Origin: Rhizodiscina lignyota
Lineage: Eukaryota
Length of the DNA: 64,000 bases
Direction of reading: 5' to 3'
NCBI GenBank assembly: GCA_010015805.1
Contig: ML978125.1
Location: 558,001-622,000, forward strand
The position numbers were made by a program, and so were the translations under genes. Under the pieces are notes generated by a model, which was not told the origin of the DNA, ran no database searches, and was given only the letters and a program-made list of their open reading frames with translations. This document shows, in pieces, positions 22,125 to 34,883 of this stretch (positions within the stretch are counted from its first letter, which is position 1; the number at the start of each line of letters is the position of its first letter).

Positions 22125-23822
22125 ATGGGCCTTTCAAAGTCAACAAGAATACAGATCCTTCTAGGAATCGACGCAGTCTTCTTCCTCCTCGAACTGGTCG
22201 TCGGCTATGCAGTCCACTCCCTCGCCCTCGTCGCAGACTCCTTCCACATGCTCAACGATGTCCTCTCACTATGCGTCGGACTGTGGGCTGTCAAGGTCGC
22301 GGGCCAAAAGACGAATTCAAAGATGTACACATACGGCTGGCAGCGAGCGGAGACACTGGGAGCGCTCATCAATGGCGTGTTCCTGGTAGCTCTGTGTCTA
22401 TCAATCTTTCTCGAGGCCATTCAGAGGTTTGTCGAGCCCCAGGAGGTCTCGTACCCGAAACTGGTCCTCATCGTTGGTTGCTTTGGTCTGTTATCGAATA
22501 TCCTGGGACTCTTCCTATTTCACGATCACGGCCACGATCATGGACATTCTCATGAACATGCGGACGAGCTAGGTTCAGCGGAAGAAGGTCATACACACTT
22601 CAGCTACGACGATAGCGAACATGCGACTGTCGCGGACGAGACAGGAAACATTGAAGACGTACTACCTCAGAATCGGATAGCAAACTTTGCAACGACCAAA
22701 CCCAGAGCTGTTGAATGGGATGAAAGTGCTAATGGCCGCACCAGCGAAGAAGCAAGAGAGGCAAGAACAACGAGCCCCCACACCCCTCGGAGAAATCGAC
22801 GTAAACATAGCCAGAGTGGCTCGAGGTCTCGCGGATACTCTGGTCTGGAAGATATTTATGTGCACCCTGCATCATTCCGCAAGGATATCATTGCAGCGAG
22901 CAGGCTGGATGACGTTCACTCTGTGTCAGGCACAGATACCGACCCTGACGAGGCTGTGGCGGATGAGGATAATGGTCCAACCGAAGAATCGCCTCTGCTA
23001 AAGAAGTCGAAGAGCAGAGAGTCGGGTGGCCGTAAACACCATAGACATTCCTCGCAAGCCAATGGCAGCGCTTCGCTGCATAAAGACCACCATCATGCCC
23101 AACCGCAAGACGCTGAAGCCAAGGGTGCCCATTCGCACGGCGACCTCAATATGCGCGGCGTATTCCTCCATGTCATGGGTGATGCGCTGGGCAATATTGG
23201 TGTCATCGCATCTGCTCTGTTCATCTGGCTTACACCCTTCCCGTGGCGCTTCTACACCGACCCTGGTATCTCATTGATCATTACCGTCATTATACTCTGC
23301 TCTGCGATTCCTCTTTGCAAAGCAGCTTCTCGGATTCTTCTTCAAGCTGTTCCAGCTGGTATCAGCATAGACGATATCAAAGACGATATCAACGAGTTAC
23401 CTGGTATCATCAGCTGCCATCATTTGCACGTGTGGCAGCTCAGCGACACCAAGCTTGTTGCGAGCCTCCACGTGCAGGTCGGCTTCGACTTTAAAGGCGA
23501 GGGCTCTGCGAGATACATGAAGCTCGCCAGATCGATCCGCCGATGCCTACACGAGTATGGCATTCATTCATCCACCATTCAACCCGAATTTTGCCTAGAT
23601 CCAGAGCATCCTTATCCACCAGCGTCCGATGTCGACAGCTGTAGCGATCATGGTCCAAATTGCGATGGAAACCACCCTGGAGGTAGCAAAGATGGCAGCA
23701 AAGGTGGTAGCAAGACTGGAAGTTTAAGACATGAGCCAGACGCCTGTCTGCTGGAATGTGGGGATGAGTGTGGCGCTGAGAGGCAATGTTGTCCAGTTAG
23801 AGGCGACGGAGCCGGCGAATGA
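22125..23822 (+). CDS. ZRC1: CDF-family vacuolar zinc/cobalt transporter (Zrc1/Cot1-like)
   Basis: Motifs SLALVADSFHMLND, YTYGWQRAETLGALING, His-rich loops, LNMRGVFLHVMGDALGN, HHLHVWQL and GIHSSTIQPEF. Confidence 0.93.
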   Translation: MGLSKSTRIQILLGIDAVFFLLELVVGYAVHSLALVADSFHMLNDVLSLCVGLWAVKVAGQKTNSKMYTYGWQRAETLGALINGVFLVALCLSIFLEAIQRFVEPQEVSYPKLVLIVGCFGLLSNILGLFLFHDHGHDHGHSHEHADELGSAEEGHTHFSYDDSEHATVADETGNIEDVLPQNRIANFATTKPRAVEWDESANGRTSEEAREARTTSPHTPRRNRRKHSQSGSRSRGYSGLEDIYVHPASFRKDIIAASRLDDVHSVSGTDTDPDEAVADEDNGPTEESPLLKKSKSRESGGRKHHRHSSQANGSASLHKDHHHAQPQDAEAKGAHSHGDLNMRGVFLHVMGDALGNIGVIASALFIWLTPFPWRFYTDPGISLIITVIILCSAIPLCKAASRILLQAVPAGISIDDIKDDINELPGIISCHHLHVWQLSDTKLVASLHVQVGFDFKGEGSARYMKLARSIRRCLHEYGIHSSTIQPEFCLDPEHPYPPASDVDSCSDHGPNCDGNHPGGSKDGSKGGSKTGSLRHEPDACLLECGDECGAERQCCPVRGDGAGE

Positions 23823-24825
23823 AGACTTTTTATTTGTGTTTCCTTTTCTTCTTCTCTTTACACCTCTTTGTCGCAGAAATGCTTTAATAGTGCTTCTTCT
23901 GCATCGCTTGGCGTTATAGGCTCGCAAGATGGCCACAATGAGCTCGATGGAGGAGCTCTCATGTATAGTACCCTTTCAGCAAATGCATGCCTTTCGAAGT
24001 AAATGCGGATCCTCGCTCGTCAAAGCTTAGACGAAGTAAATCCTGTTTTGACGAATCATGCGAAGCTTACGTACTTGTACTATGTCTTTGCTCAACGTAC
24101 TATATCATTAGGTTAGTAACAAACTCTTCGGCTCAAACGACCTCTCCATCGATTAGGAATTTCCTGTTCTTGAAATACGGCCCTCTTTGAGATAAGTTAG
24201 CGATGTGTAGTAATACTCGTTCTGAACACTTTCTCCCTTAAAGGGTATGTATGACCTTAAGCATTGACCAGATCCTCCGCCTACCCTCCGCCCTGGTGGT
24301 GTCTTTCCTCCGCTGACGCCCTTCAATCTTCACCGGAGCCAGCAAGAACAACCTGTTTCTACAAGAGTAGCCACTAGGAAGATTCTGTTTAGACTCCCTT
24401 ATCTGTCAGCCTTCACTCCGGACGTAATCTTCACTCGGAGACCCCAAGACCACGGTGTCTCCGGCAAGGCGTCTGTCGCACTTTCGTGCGTATTCCGTTG
24501 GCTATCGCTATCTTCCTTGTCTGGGCAGTGTTGCGAAACTGGCATGCCTGATATCACGTAAATGGAGATAATATCTCCATAGTGCTTACCCGCCGTCGCA
24601 ACAGTTCAGCCGCTTCCAGTGGGCCTGAATCCTAAGCCGAAGAGCTGTAGGACGTGCAAAGAGCGGAGGTCGATCAACGCGTACGATGTCTCGCAGTGCG
24701 CCTTAGTAATCACGGTGTTTCTCATATATTTTCCCTTTCTCTGCATTTAAACAGCTAGAAACCGCGTTCATTTACTTGTCTATTCTCACATCTCCCGGTT
24801 GTTGCGCGTCGAATTTCATCTCGCC

Positions 24826-26025
24826 ATGGCAGAAGCATCGAACAAAGAGCATCTGCTCATGGTGAGCCCCGTCCCACTGGGCCCGCCAGTAATGGGAATG
24901 TTCGCAAAGAGATTCCCAGATATGAAGGTCGACGTCTACGTTCCAGAGGGGAGATCACCAATACCACCGGAGAAGTACAAAGACGCAACCATCGTAGCGA
25001 CGTACGGAGACTACATCCCGAAGCCAAGCGACGCGCCGCATTTAGAGCTCCTCCACCTCTTCTCAGCGGGATCAGATCAGATGAAAGACCATGCGGTGTA
25101 CACGGAGTCAGAGATCCCAATTACGTGCACGTAGGTTTCCGGCCCTTGGTGTGGCGAGGAATGAGGGACTACCGGGGCTTGGAAGATAACGGGTTCCAGG
25201 TCTGGAGTACATGGACCGCAGATCTCAGAGCTTGTTTTCATGACTGCTTTGACGCTGAACCATGGGTTTGGCGAGCACTACGACAATCAGAAGAAGAAGC
25301 TCTGGCCGGACAGGCACTTTTCGGAGCAGCCTTTCAGGACGCGAGATCTGTGTGGGCAGAGGTTGGGTATATTGGGTTATGGTAGCATCGGCAGGCAGGG
25401 TTCGTTGATTATGCAATGGGCCGCAATAATTGGAACATACTGAAACTGACTCTCTGCAGTTGCAAGAGTTGGAAAGGCCATGGGAATGGACGTGATAGCA
25501 TACACTCATTCTGCAAAAGACACGCCCGAGAAGCGAAAAGACCAAGGCTACTGGGTCCCTGGAACTGGAGATCCAGATGGCTCTTTTCCGTCTGCGTGGT
25601 ATCATGGAGCGGACAAAGCCAGTCTGCACGAGTTCCTCAAGCAAGACATCGACTTCCTGGTCATCTCTGTTCCCCTCACAAACGACACGAATGCCCTCCT
25701 CGGCGCCGAGGAGTTCGACATCCTCTCCAGGAAACAAGCGCTCATCTCCAACATCGCGCGCGGTAGCGTCATCGACCAGCCCGCCTTAGCAGACGCTCTA
25801 AAGGCAGGCAAGCTGCGCGGCGCCTGCCTCGACGTGACGGAGCCAGAGCCGCTGCCGGCGGACGATCCGCTGTGGGATGCGCCAAATCTGGTGGTCACAC
25901 CGCATGTCGCGGGTAACTCGACGAATTATATCCGGAGAGCATTTGAGCTGTTCATGGCGATTGTTGAGCGGAAGATGAAGGGGGAGAGGATGTACAATGT
26001 TGTGGATCGGAAGAGGGGGTATTGA
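24826..26025 (+). CDS. D-isomer-specific 2-hydroxyacid dehydrogenase, 3 exons
   Basis: Motifs SAGSD, T|SGVHGPQISE, GILGYGSIGRQ (NAD-binding), NIARGSVID, LDVTEPEPLP and TPHVAG. Confidence 0.93.
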
Positions 26026-27164
26026 TGTGGTGGAGCTGCGAATTTGTGTCTTGCTCCAGGTTGAGCAACGTTGGAAGGCGTTTTGAGTAACGTTATACCA
26101 TGTGTAGCGCACAGACGTCTAGGCTTAGAGTATTCAACCAGCGTCGATAGATAGAAAGGACGTGTGTTACCGCGTGTCGGCCCGCCTCCTGCTGTACCAC
26201 TGCAGCTTCGACTTCGACCTCTTGTCGTGAAAGCTCCACCTCGCTTGATGCACATCAATGCTGCATCACGAACAATGCTTCATCACTGTACTAACTAGTC
26301 CCCAAAGCCAATATCGTATACTCCCTTGCATATATTTACACGAGATAGATTGAGCAAGGCTGCCATTACTCGTGCGCGTTGTGGGGTGCATGCAAGATCC
26401 GCTGTGGCGGGTCACTAGGTTCAAAAGAATAGACAAGCCTCGTGGCACATGCATGTAATCGCCCAAATCTAATCTCGATGTCTGATGGGGCCGAGATCTC
26501 TAGAGGGCCGAGATGGAGGCTATTGTGTCCCGAAGAAATCGCTTACTGGGCGTTGACAATGACGAGAGCAGAGTCATGGCTTGAAGAGTACATTTGACTG
26601 GAAGTTTCCCTTTGCAATATACAACCCTGGGCTTCTGTCCTCCGTTACTCTACAGCTCGGCTTTATGTACAATACATTGACTGCATAATGCATGGGACAC
26701 ACACAGTATGGTACAGCCCTTGCGGGCGCGCCCTTGTATAGATCTCCCTTGTATGTACCTCCCCACCCTTCCCCAACTCAAAGGAGGGTCTGTAGTAGGC
26801 AACTCAAATCATAAGCCGACTGTCAAAGGAGCGACATAGAAGCCGCCAAACCGTCAGGCCACCACCACTTGGTGTGACCATCATCACTTTTCCGCGCCCG
26901 GCCGCACCGTGGCATGCCGTGGAAAAGGATAAAACTCCGTCGCTATGATCGCAGAAGAAATAGGCGCATAGCGTACAAATTCCGTCCCGTTAGCAAATGT
27001 TTCGCAAATTCTCCTCGACCGGCGTGAGTAAAGCGAGTGGCGATGAATCGAAGTGTTGGGTATAAGTAAGATTTTTAAATCCGTAAATGTTACGTCGTTA
27101 CTCGTCGCGCCGACCGAGTCTCCTCATTATGAAATTCGTTCCGCATCCATTACATCCGTCTCTT

Positions 27165-29184
27165 TCATATCCGATTCCGGTCTGATGTCTCGAACTCGTC
27201 GTCGCTTTCCTCGTTTGGCGGGTGTAAGCCCAATCCACCACGAGCATATGTGGACGTTGGATCCCATTCTCGTATTCTGGACTGCCGACTCTCTCGTGTA
27301 GATCGACTGTCCCGTATCATCTGCGATGGGGTTCGAGGGCTGGAAAAGCTCATGGTTGGGCTCACATAGTCTCTGTCTCTTTCCATGGATGCAGTCGTCC
27401 CGCTTCTCGATAACGGTGGAGTTGAATAGTCTCTGTGGGTGTTGGTGACCGACACACTTCTTGATAAGGAAATGTCCTTGCCGAAGTCGGGGCTCTTGCC
27501 GAAGTAGTCAATGCTCTTGCCGGTGTATGAGGCAGATGTGACGGCCGTCTCTGTTGGACTGATGACCGCTGTTTCGGGGGTGTTGATAGTCAGAGGGTCA
27601 CGAGATCCGACGCGCATCAGCTCGAATGTGCGCTGATCGCCTGAGAATCGTTTTGCATCGAGCGAGACGAACTCGCGGTTGGGGAAGAACTTTGCGCGGA
27701 ACCACTCCACCCATCCAGTAAACATGGTCCAGCGAGCGAGTAGGACGAAAACTTGAACTCCCGCAAGCTAAAGAAGTCAGCACAAAGCTTCTCCGATGTA
27801 AGAACCAGAGATCGACTTACACCAAGGAGGAAGAGAATGGCAACGACAGTGGCTTGATTCACCAGCGCATCTTGGCCCAGATTAAGACACTTCTCTGTCG
27901 CCTTGCCGTCCTCAAACAAGCAGAGTATCCATGGCATGACATGGGTAATGTCATGCCTTTGAGTGACCTCGACAATGACGCTGTCCATGTAAATGAAGAC
28001 AATGGCGAAGAAGACGACGTCCGCAAGAATGAAGACGACAATCAACATGCTACGCCATTGCAACCAGACGACTTTGCGAACGCGGCGATAGACAGCCTTG
28101 GCAGAGTGCGTCCGCAGACTCGAAGTATACGATGGGAGGGCAGAGCTGCCGTTCGTTTCCGTCTTCTCATCGCTCCACATGTTCTTCAGGTACACATTGA
28201 TGCAATAAATGAAGCTATGAGATGTAAGCAGTCGTCGACTGGAGGCGGTTAAGAAGGCTTACGTTGCGCCCTGAATCATCGCTGACAGACCAGCAATTGC
28301 TAGCAGTGGAGCCCAGAAGACCCTGATTGAATTCTTCGAGTTTACGTGGCATGTGTCGCCGAATCGGAAGGAGAAGCCGGTGAAGATGACCGTGAGGGTG
28401 AAAAGGAGTGCGACAACGCCCCAGCCACCGGCTTGAGCGAAGTAGAAGAACTTTTGCCCAGGAATAATGTCCCAGCAGATTTGAAGATGCATTGAAAGCG
28501 CGCGGACGAAGACTGTCGCAATTAGCTGCGCGCTCGGAAGTATGTGCAATGTTGTTCCTTACTCCACACCGTAATAGCAAGGCCACCAGAAATTAGGAGC
28601 GCTCCCGACCAAGCGCATGTCAGGTTGGAGTACATGTCATTCGGTGTGATTTCATTGAAACACTGAGGCGGCTGTACCCCAAGTGGGACGATAAAGCCCA
28701 GCTGTCTTGCGTTAGCATATGCTGTGAATCACGTAGCGTCCAGGAGACTTACCCCTTCGACAATGATGGCAAGAATCAAACATATACTGAGATAGTGTCT
28801 GCGTGTCTTGTCCGCAGGAAGTACAGCGAATGTTATAAGAAGAAATAGACAAAAGAAAAGGCCCAGGGCGTTGAGAGATTCTCCGACACGATACCATGTC
28901 TTGAAGCCTACGCAGAATGTCAATTGATTTTTTCCTTCAACGAAACTGTTGATTCCCTTACTCTTAGGGTAGATGAAATCCGTGGATGGACATGGCAGAC
29001 AGCAGATGAGATCTTGTTCTATCTGAGGTAATGGTGCGCATAGACGGCCAACAACGACTAGAGTCAAGTTAGCGTTTCCCTTCCATTAGATATATTGGTC
29101 TGACATACGTCCGCCAGTCGTAGGAAATCTAGCATTGTCGAGAAATGGTGCTGGACAAGCACCCGAGAGAGAAGAATTTGCCAT
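27165..29184 (-). CDS. 7-TM G-protein-coupled receptor, GprM-like, multi-exon
   Basis: Spliced N-terminus MANSSLSGACPAPFLDNARFPTTGG|LVVGRLCAP...CCLPCP, then TRRHYLSICL, CFNEITPNDMYSNLTCAWSGA, LSMHLQICW, FRFGDTCHVN and YRRVRKVVWLQWR, with a Ser/Thr-rich tail. Confidence 0.85.
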
Positions 29185-32100
29185 GATAGTCGAAGACTGT
29201 CGTCTTCACAGGGTCGCTGTCGTCCAAAGGTTACGTTCTTGATATCACCACATGGATGAGCGGCAGTAAGGCCTTCAGGCCTCGGTGAATCGTGACTGTA
29301 TGTTATACAGCGCAAAGAGTAACCCTATTCCAGGAGAAGGATCGTCCGGATGGTCGCGTAGGCCGAATTGAGAACCAATTGGAAAGCAAACGTCGATATT
29401 TGGTAAAGACTGGCGACAGGTATGCGACTCCTTAATGCAAGCAATGAAACTCGGATCGAGTAACGTGGAAACGTGAGTTCGGCAGCTGCACGAGATGCTT
29501 TGAAACCGTTATGAGGCGTACGGTGGATCGTCGAGCGGTCGATAGACGATTGCGGGTGTGGCGCGGTGACAGATGGTCGGAAAAAGAGAGACTGCGCAAC
29601 GATGTTATGTTCGTCGATATGTATACGGATGACGTCCAGAGAATTGGAGGCGGAGAGGAATGGCAAATGTCGAGACGAATCGAAAATCTGGAGAACGCGA
29701 ACAGGAGAAAAAGGGAAATAGGTGCCAGCAAGTAGTTTAAAGGTACCTACAGCGGGTGAGGAAAGCTCGGCCGCAGGGGAGCAGCGGCGTACGCGATGGG
29801 AGATGTGGTTGGGTAGAGAGCATTTGGGATGAGTGCGCGCGCGACTGAGCATCAAGCCAGTACATCCCTGCATCCGCCTTCTGCATCCCTGCGCCTCTCG
29901 ACGAGAGACTCCACACACTCAGGAGAGGCACGAGAGCTAACGCTGATTGCTCCGTACCTCCTCAGTAGTCGAGTGACGAGGGTCCATGGCCGGGTCATCC
30001 ATACAGCTTCTTATGTGCTCTCGGTCCAGGCTCTGAGCCCAGCGTTTTGAATACGTACTGCCATGCCGTGACGCCTATTGCAACTTGCCAAATGGAGATC
30101 CCAGAAGAGCTTCTACCACTCAAAGGCGGTTGCGAGGAGTACGGCTGTACCTACTGCGCTGCTCCAGCATCAGTTCAGCTGGATCGACGGTCACGCTGTA
30201 GGCATGCGGCCGCATCGTCGGTAGCGAGTGTGGCACAGTGAAGCACCAGATCTCGTGCGACTATGAGCGCATGAAAAAAGGTGCGAATTCTGCAAGGACG
30301 CTTCGGAGAAGACGCAGAGAAAAGGGCGCTAAATATCGGGCTGATCCGCGAGTGGGCGATGGAAGGATGGAAGACGCCCAGATCGGGCATATCCAGTCGA
30401 TTTTTCCACAGTACAGCTCACTGGGCATGTGGCTGAGCGAGGCAGTGCAGTCAACAACATGTAGTTGAAAAATGCCCCTGTGGCTAGTGAGCTCATTGTG
30501 CGTGATGAATTGCCGTGGAGATCCGGTGCTCTGCATGCTGTACTATTTTCAAAGCGAGCTGCGAATTGCGCTGAACTCGCGTGGTGGAGAGAATGATGGT
30601 GGGCAAGGGCTGTCTTGGCCGTCCGAAGCGCCGCACTGTCATATTGCGATCCACTTTTCAGCCAATCATAGTGGAGAACGCGCTTGGGACCTCTCCAGCT
30701 CCTAAACCCAGCATCTCTGTCTGCATCCGGCTCGTCATCGTGATGCTAGTGCCATGGCTCATGGCGCGTAGGTGTCCCTACGAGCAATGAAACTTCCAGT
30801 CTCCATCTGGACTTTCAACCCCAGCAGCCATCACTGCTTCACGATATGTGCGTGGAAGAGTTTGCAGTTCGCATCACCTAATCGCCGTTCAATGGGCCCA
30901 CATCCACCTCTTGCCGAGAACACACCTCCTAGCGGCCGAGGGAGACGTTTCAGCGCTGGTTAAAAATCGCTATGACAGGCCGTCAAAGGGCATGGGGGCC
31001 AGGTAGCCCGTCCCAGCCAACGTCCACTCGCTTCCCCACAGTTGCTGGGGTGGCCTAGCCTGAGGCATGAATCCAAAAGCCCGTTTGCTTGTCATTGCTG
31101 ATGCATGAAGAGCTCTGACATGGCTTGTTCAGGTGGAAGCTTCTATCCGTCGGATTCCTAGGACGTCTAGATCGGCAGAGAGGAGCTCGCTTAGAGAGAG
31201 CAAAGACGCCGAAGATTGCCCATCAAAAGCATATCAAGGTTGTAAGTGTTTCACCATGACGGATTGAGGCTTCACGAGAGGTTGGCGTATGCGTTCGGAT
31301 GCAACTCCACCCCTTCGCTCACGCACTGCGGGTCGGTTGAGGAGCTTACCTACCTCTGAAGCATGTGAGGTGATAACTCTCGTCGTTTCGTCATAGCAGG
31401 CGAGGACACAAGCATCACGAGGTCCAGAGGAGAGTTTCACCATTCTAGCTCGCTGTTTGGCCAGCGCGTTGCCGCCGCCTCCACGAGTCCACGCGTTGCA
31501 ATCGCACACCTTCCATTCTGGATGGCAGTGGAAGACAGCAGCCCACCAGCGGCAAACCGTTGCTTTTCGCAAAATTCGCAATCTCAAACTCGAGCCGCTT
31601 TCAATAGTTTCTCTCGTACAGTCAGAATTGGCAAAATGAAGAACTGTCCAGTGATATATCGCTAGCTCCCGCGCCGTCCAAGTCCGTTTTCCGTCATCTC
31701 GAGCTCAATTTCCTTTCTCTTCTCAGCAGACAGGGGCTGCGCTTCAACGAATACCACATGGTGATTTACCGCCTATCGCATTTTTTTCCTTGATTGCCGC
31801 AGTTGACGTCAAGCATAACTTCCAAATATTGCGCACTTTCTTTTGAAGCATCAAATTATGGTTGTTGCAATGCGCGGAGCTCGCCACCTCCTTGCGACCC
31901 ACCTTTCCACACTGTTGATGCAACCGTCAACGGCACGAGCACACCGCACGGCATGCAACAGCACTAGCTGGGTAAATACCCACCGAAGCACGCCAGCGCT
32001 TCTTCTAGAAGTCCTCCCCGCCATCGCACTGCACTCTCTGGAGTCTCTGCTCCGCGCTATCGCAAAGGGACGGGGGGCACAGAGATAGCGTGCTTTTATG

Positions 32101-34883
32101 GGACGCCTCTTTTCGGGATGTGCCAGGATATGCTTTGACCTCGAACCGCGCCCCCATGTCCATCAACCTTCACGTACGGACCAGCGGCACGGTAGGGAAG
32201 ATGTAGCGGAGTGGATACTCAGGTACCACGTTGTCCTTCCCTGTAAGCTGGCCCGGCAAAGCTGTCAACGGCACTTAGTGCTTACGTTGGGAGCGGGTGG
32301 GAACGGTGCGCGTGGAAAGTCCCCTCTTCGTCTCTCTTCTTACAACTTCACGCGCCTCCTCACCATGTCGTGCATGACTGGGGATAGCGAAGCGAGCACG
32401 GACAGCCTCTGCGCTGCTGCAGGTACCGTACAAAGTTCCGGTCTCCCCAAAGTGTGACGGTTTGATCTTCGTCTCTTTTTCCTTGAAGTCATCACCACGC
32501 CGTACTTATCAATGCACTGGCGTTCCCAATGTGGCTTTCCTTCCCACCTTCTTGTTTCATGACGCCGGGAATGGACTCAATGTCATTGCGCAAGAACATC
32601 TTCACTGCCGCGTGCGGCAGTGACGCATCGGAGTAGAGTCCAGAAGCAGCAATGTGCTCGCGATATCACCATTCAATGACGATACCTCATACCGGGCATT
32701 GCTAATGATCCTCTTAAAGCCACTTCCTCGAATGTCAAATCTTAATGCAGATTGTAAAGCATGGTCAATATGTATCAACCTTGATTCCTTGCTTTTCTGC
32801 GAGAGCGCCATTCGTCTTTGCACAGTATGACTGCATTATATGGGAATGCTCACCGCCATCTCACTTCGAATGCTTCCCGCCCATATTACAGCCCTATCTA
32901 TGCCCTTGTTACAACATGATGTGAAGTCGAAGGGATCAGATACGGTAAATGAAAGCTTATGTTCGAGCGCCGACGGCTACTCTCCAGCCGAGAAGGGTTT
33001 TCGCACATCTGAAACTACCGCAGCCCATACTGTGCAAGCCCTCTCTATCACTTCGACTAAAGAGGTGGTCACGAATATCAACCACGTCCGGCAGTGACCG
33101 ACTTCGTCCGTGCCCACTATCTCCCGCCTTGCCAGAGGACTCCACGAGCATCAAACGTCGACTCCCCACTCTCCCCGAACCGACCGAGGCGAGTGGCGAC
33201 TCTACCCATCACACTATCATTGTGAAGCGGGAAGGCCCTCCATCACGGAGTCTAGTCGCGCGCAGACCACATCGACTTGCCCTGTACCCACGCCTCCCAC
33301 CTCGCCAAAAGACCATCACGAACATCAAACACTTATCCCCACTCCTCCTGCCCAAGCCGAGGCGACCTGGGACTCCAGCCACCTCTTTTTGCCATGTGTC
33401 GGAAAGCTGAGACCCTGAAGGCTTCACGGACGTTGACTAAGAGGACGTCTTTCCCACTCTTCATGCCACTGACTCGTTCCCGCGCGACTGTCTTTTGAGA
33501 AAAAAGAAATGCTCGACGTCCAGATCGACGCCCACCTTCCTTGGGCAGTAGTAGAGCCGCTGGATGTAGTACATACTGGATACAGCCAGCGCGCCGTAAC
33601 GCGGAGGACTGACTCGGTGCCAAATATACACACTACGGGTAGTGGTCCCTGGAAGGGGCACGAGAGCCGAGAACTGGGAGGTCATGTAGGAGCGCTTGAC
33701 TCGATCGCTCATCATCATTACAGATCGACCTGAATGGTGCTGCCATGGGAACAGCAAGAGAGTTTACTGTGACGATCGACACAGATTGATGAGAGGACAT
33801 AGTAGCATAGCACAAAACTCTTCTTATGTATTTCGTGAGGGATATGCCGCACTCATTCAACCATCTCGAGCTTCGATCAGTCCCATCTTTTGCCTCAATA
33901 GCGACTCTGTCCAGTAGGAGCATCTCTGTCCAATCTTTCTCAGGGCTTCATTTAATGCCAATCAAGAAACATGGCCATACCACTATCGAGCAATTCATCC
34001 ATCACCTATTCGGGGTCTATCACTAGTACCTTCAGAGCGCAGTCACAAACGTGCGGATAGAATCGCATTCAAGATTTAGCTTTAGTGCGAAGTGATATCC
34101 ACTCGCATCATTGAGTAAGGTAGGTGTTGTATGTAAACATTACCTCTAATCGCTTTATCAAACAATCACCACAGCATGCCTCTCGGGCAGCTCCGCCTTC
34201 CTCCTCCATTCAAGTTTGTACACCCGGTACAAGAATCCCCCCCAATTATCCACAACCGAAATGCAAGTAGTCCCATCCGGAAAGACAAACGAAAAGCAAA
34301 AAAAACCACGCTCAACAAATTGACCCGACCGAGCAGTATGCGGAAAAGCAAAATCCCGAGACTCCCAGATGTGCAGCACTGCAGCAAAAACATGAAGGTA
34401 TCTGGTACAAACAAAGCAAAGCAAAACAAATGAAAGTCGTCGTTCGTCTGAAAAGACCCCGCCCGCGCTTAACCATGTGACCTGCGGGAAATGCGAATTA
34501 GAAAACAACTCCTCGACGATGCTTGGTATTTCCTGGTTTTCGAAAAATGCATAAGGAAAGGTTCGTTGCGTGTTTTGTAGAAAAGGTTTGTACGGTCTGT
34601 ACAGGGTTGATATGGAACTCTCACGGAGAGGTTGATAGAGGTGTATGTAGTTCGACGTCGATTGTTGTTCGAGAAGCATATATCGACGATGGGCCTGCCG
34701 TTCTGGGACATGGTATGTCTCTTGTCCGCATCGGCGTAGCGATGGCTAGTCGAGCTAGTACGAGCTGGAGACTGTGGATATTGTTGGACTCCCTGCTCGT
34801 GGACGTCCAGAGAACTGGCAGAGAGATGTATGAAGACGAAGACCGGGTCTGCAAGATCAAGCTGCACTATGGAGTACAGCCGA

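Noticed and set aside
30502..30574. GTGATGA...CTGA spaced like a C/D snoRNA
   Set aside because: There is no convincing terminal stem, C'/D' boxes or rRNA-complementary guide that I could recognise.
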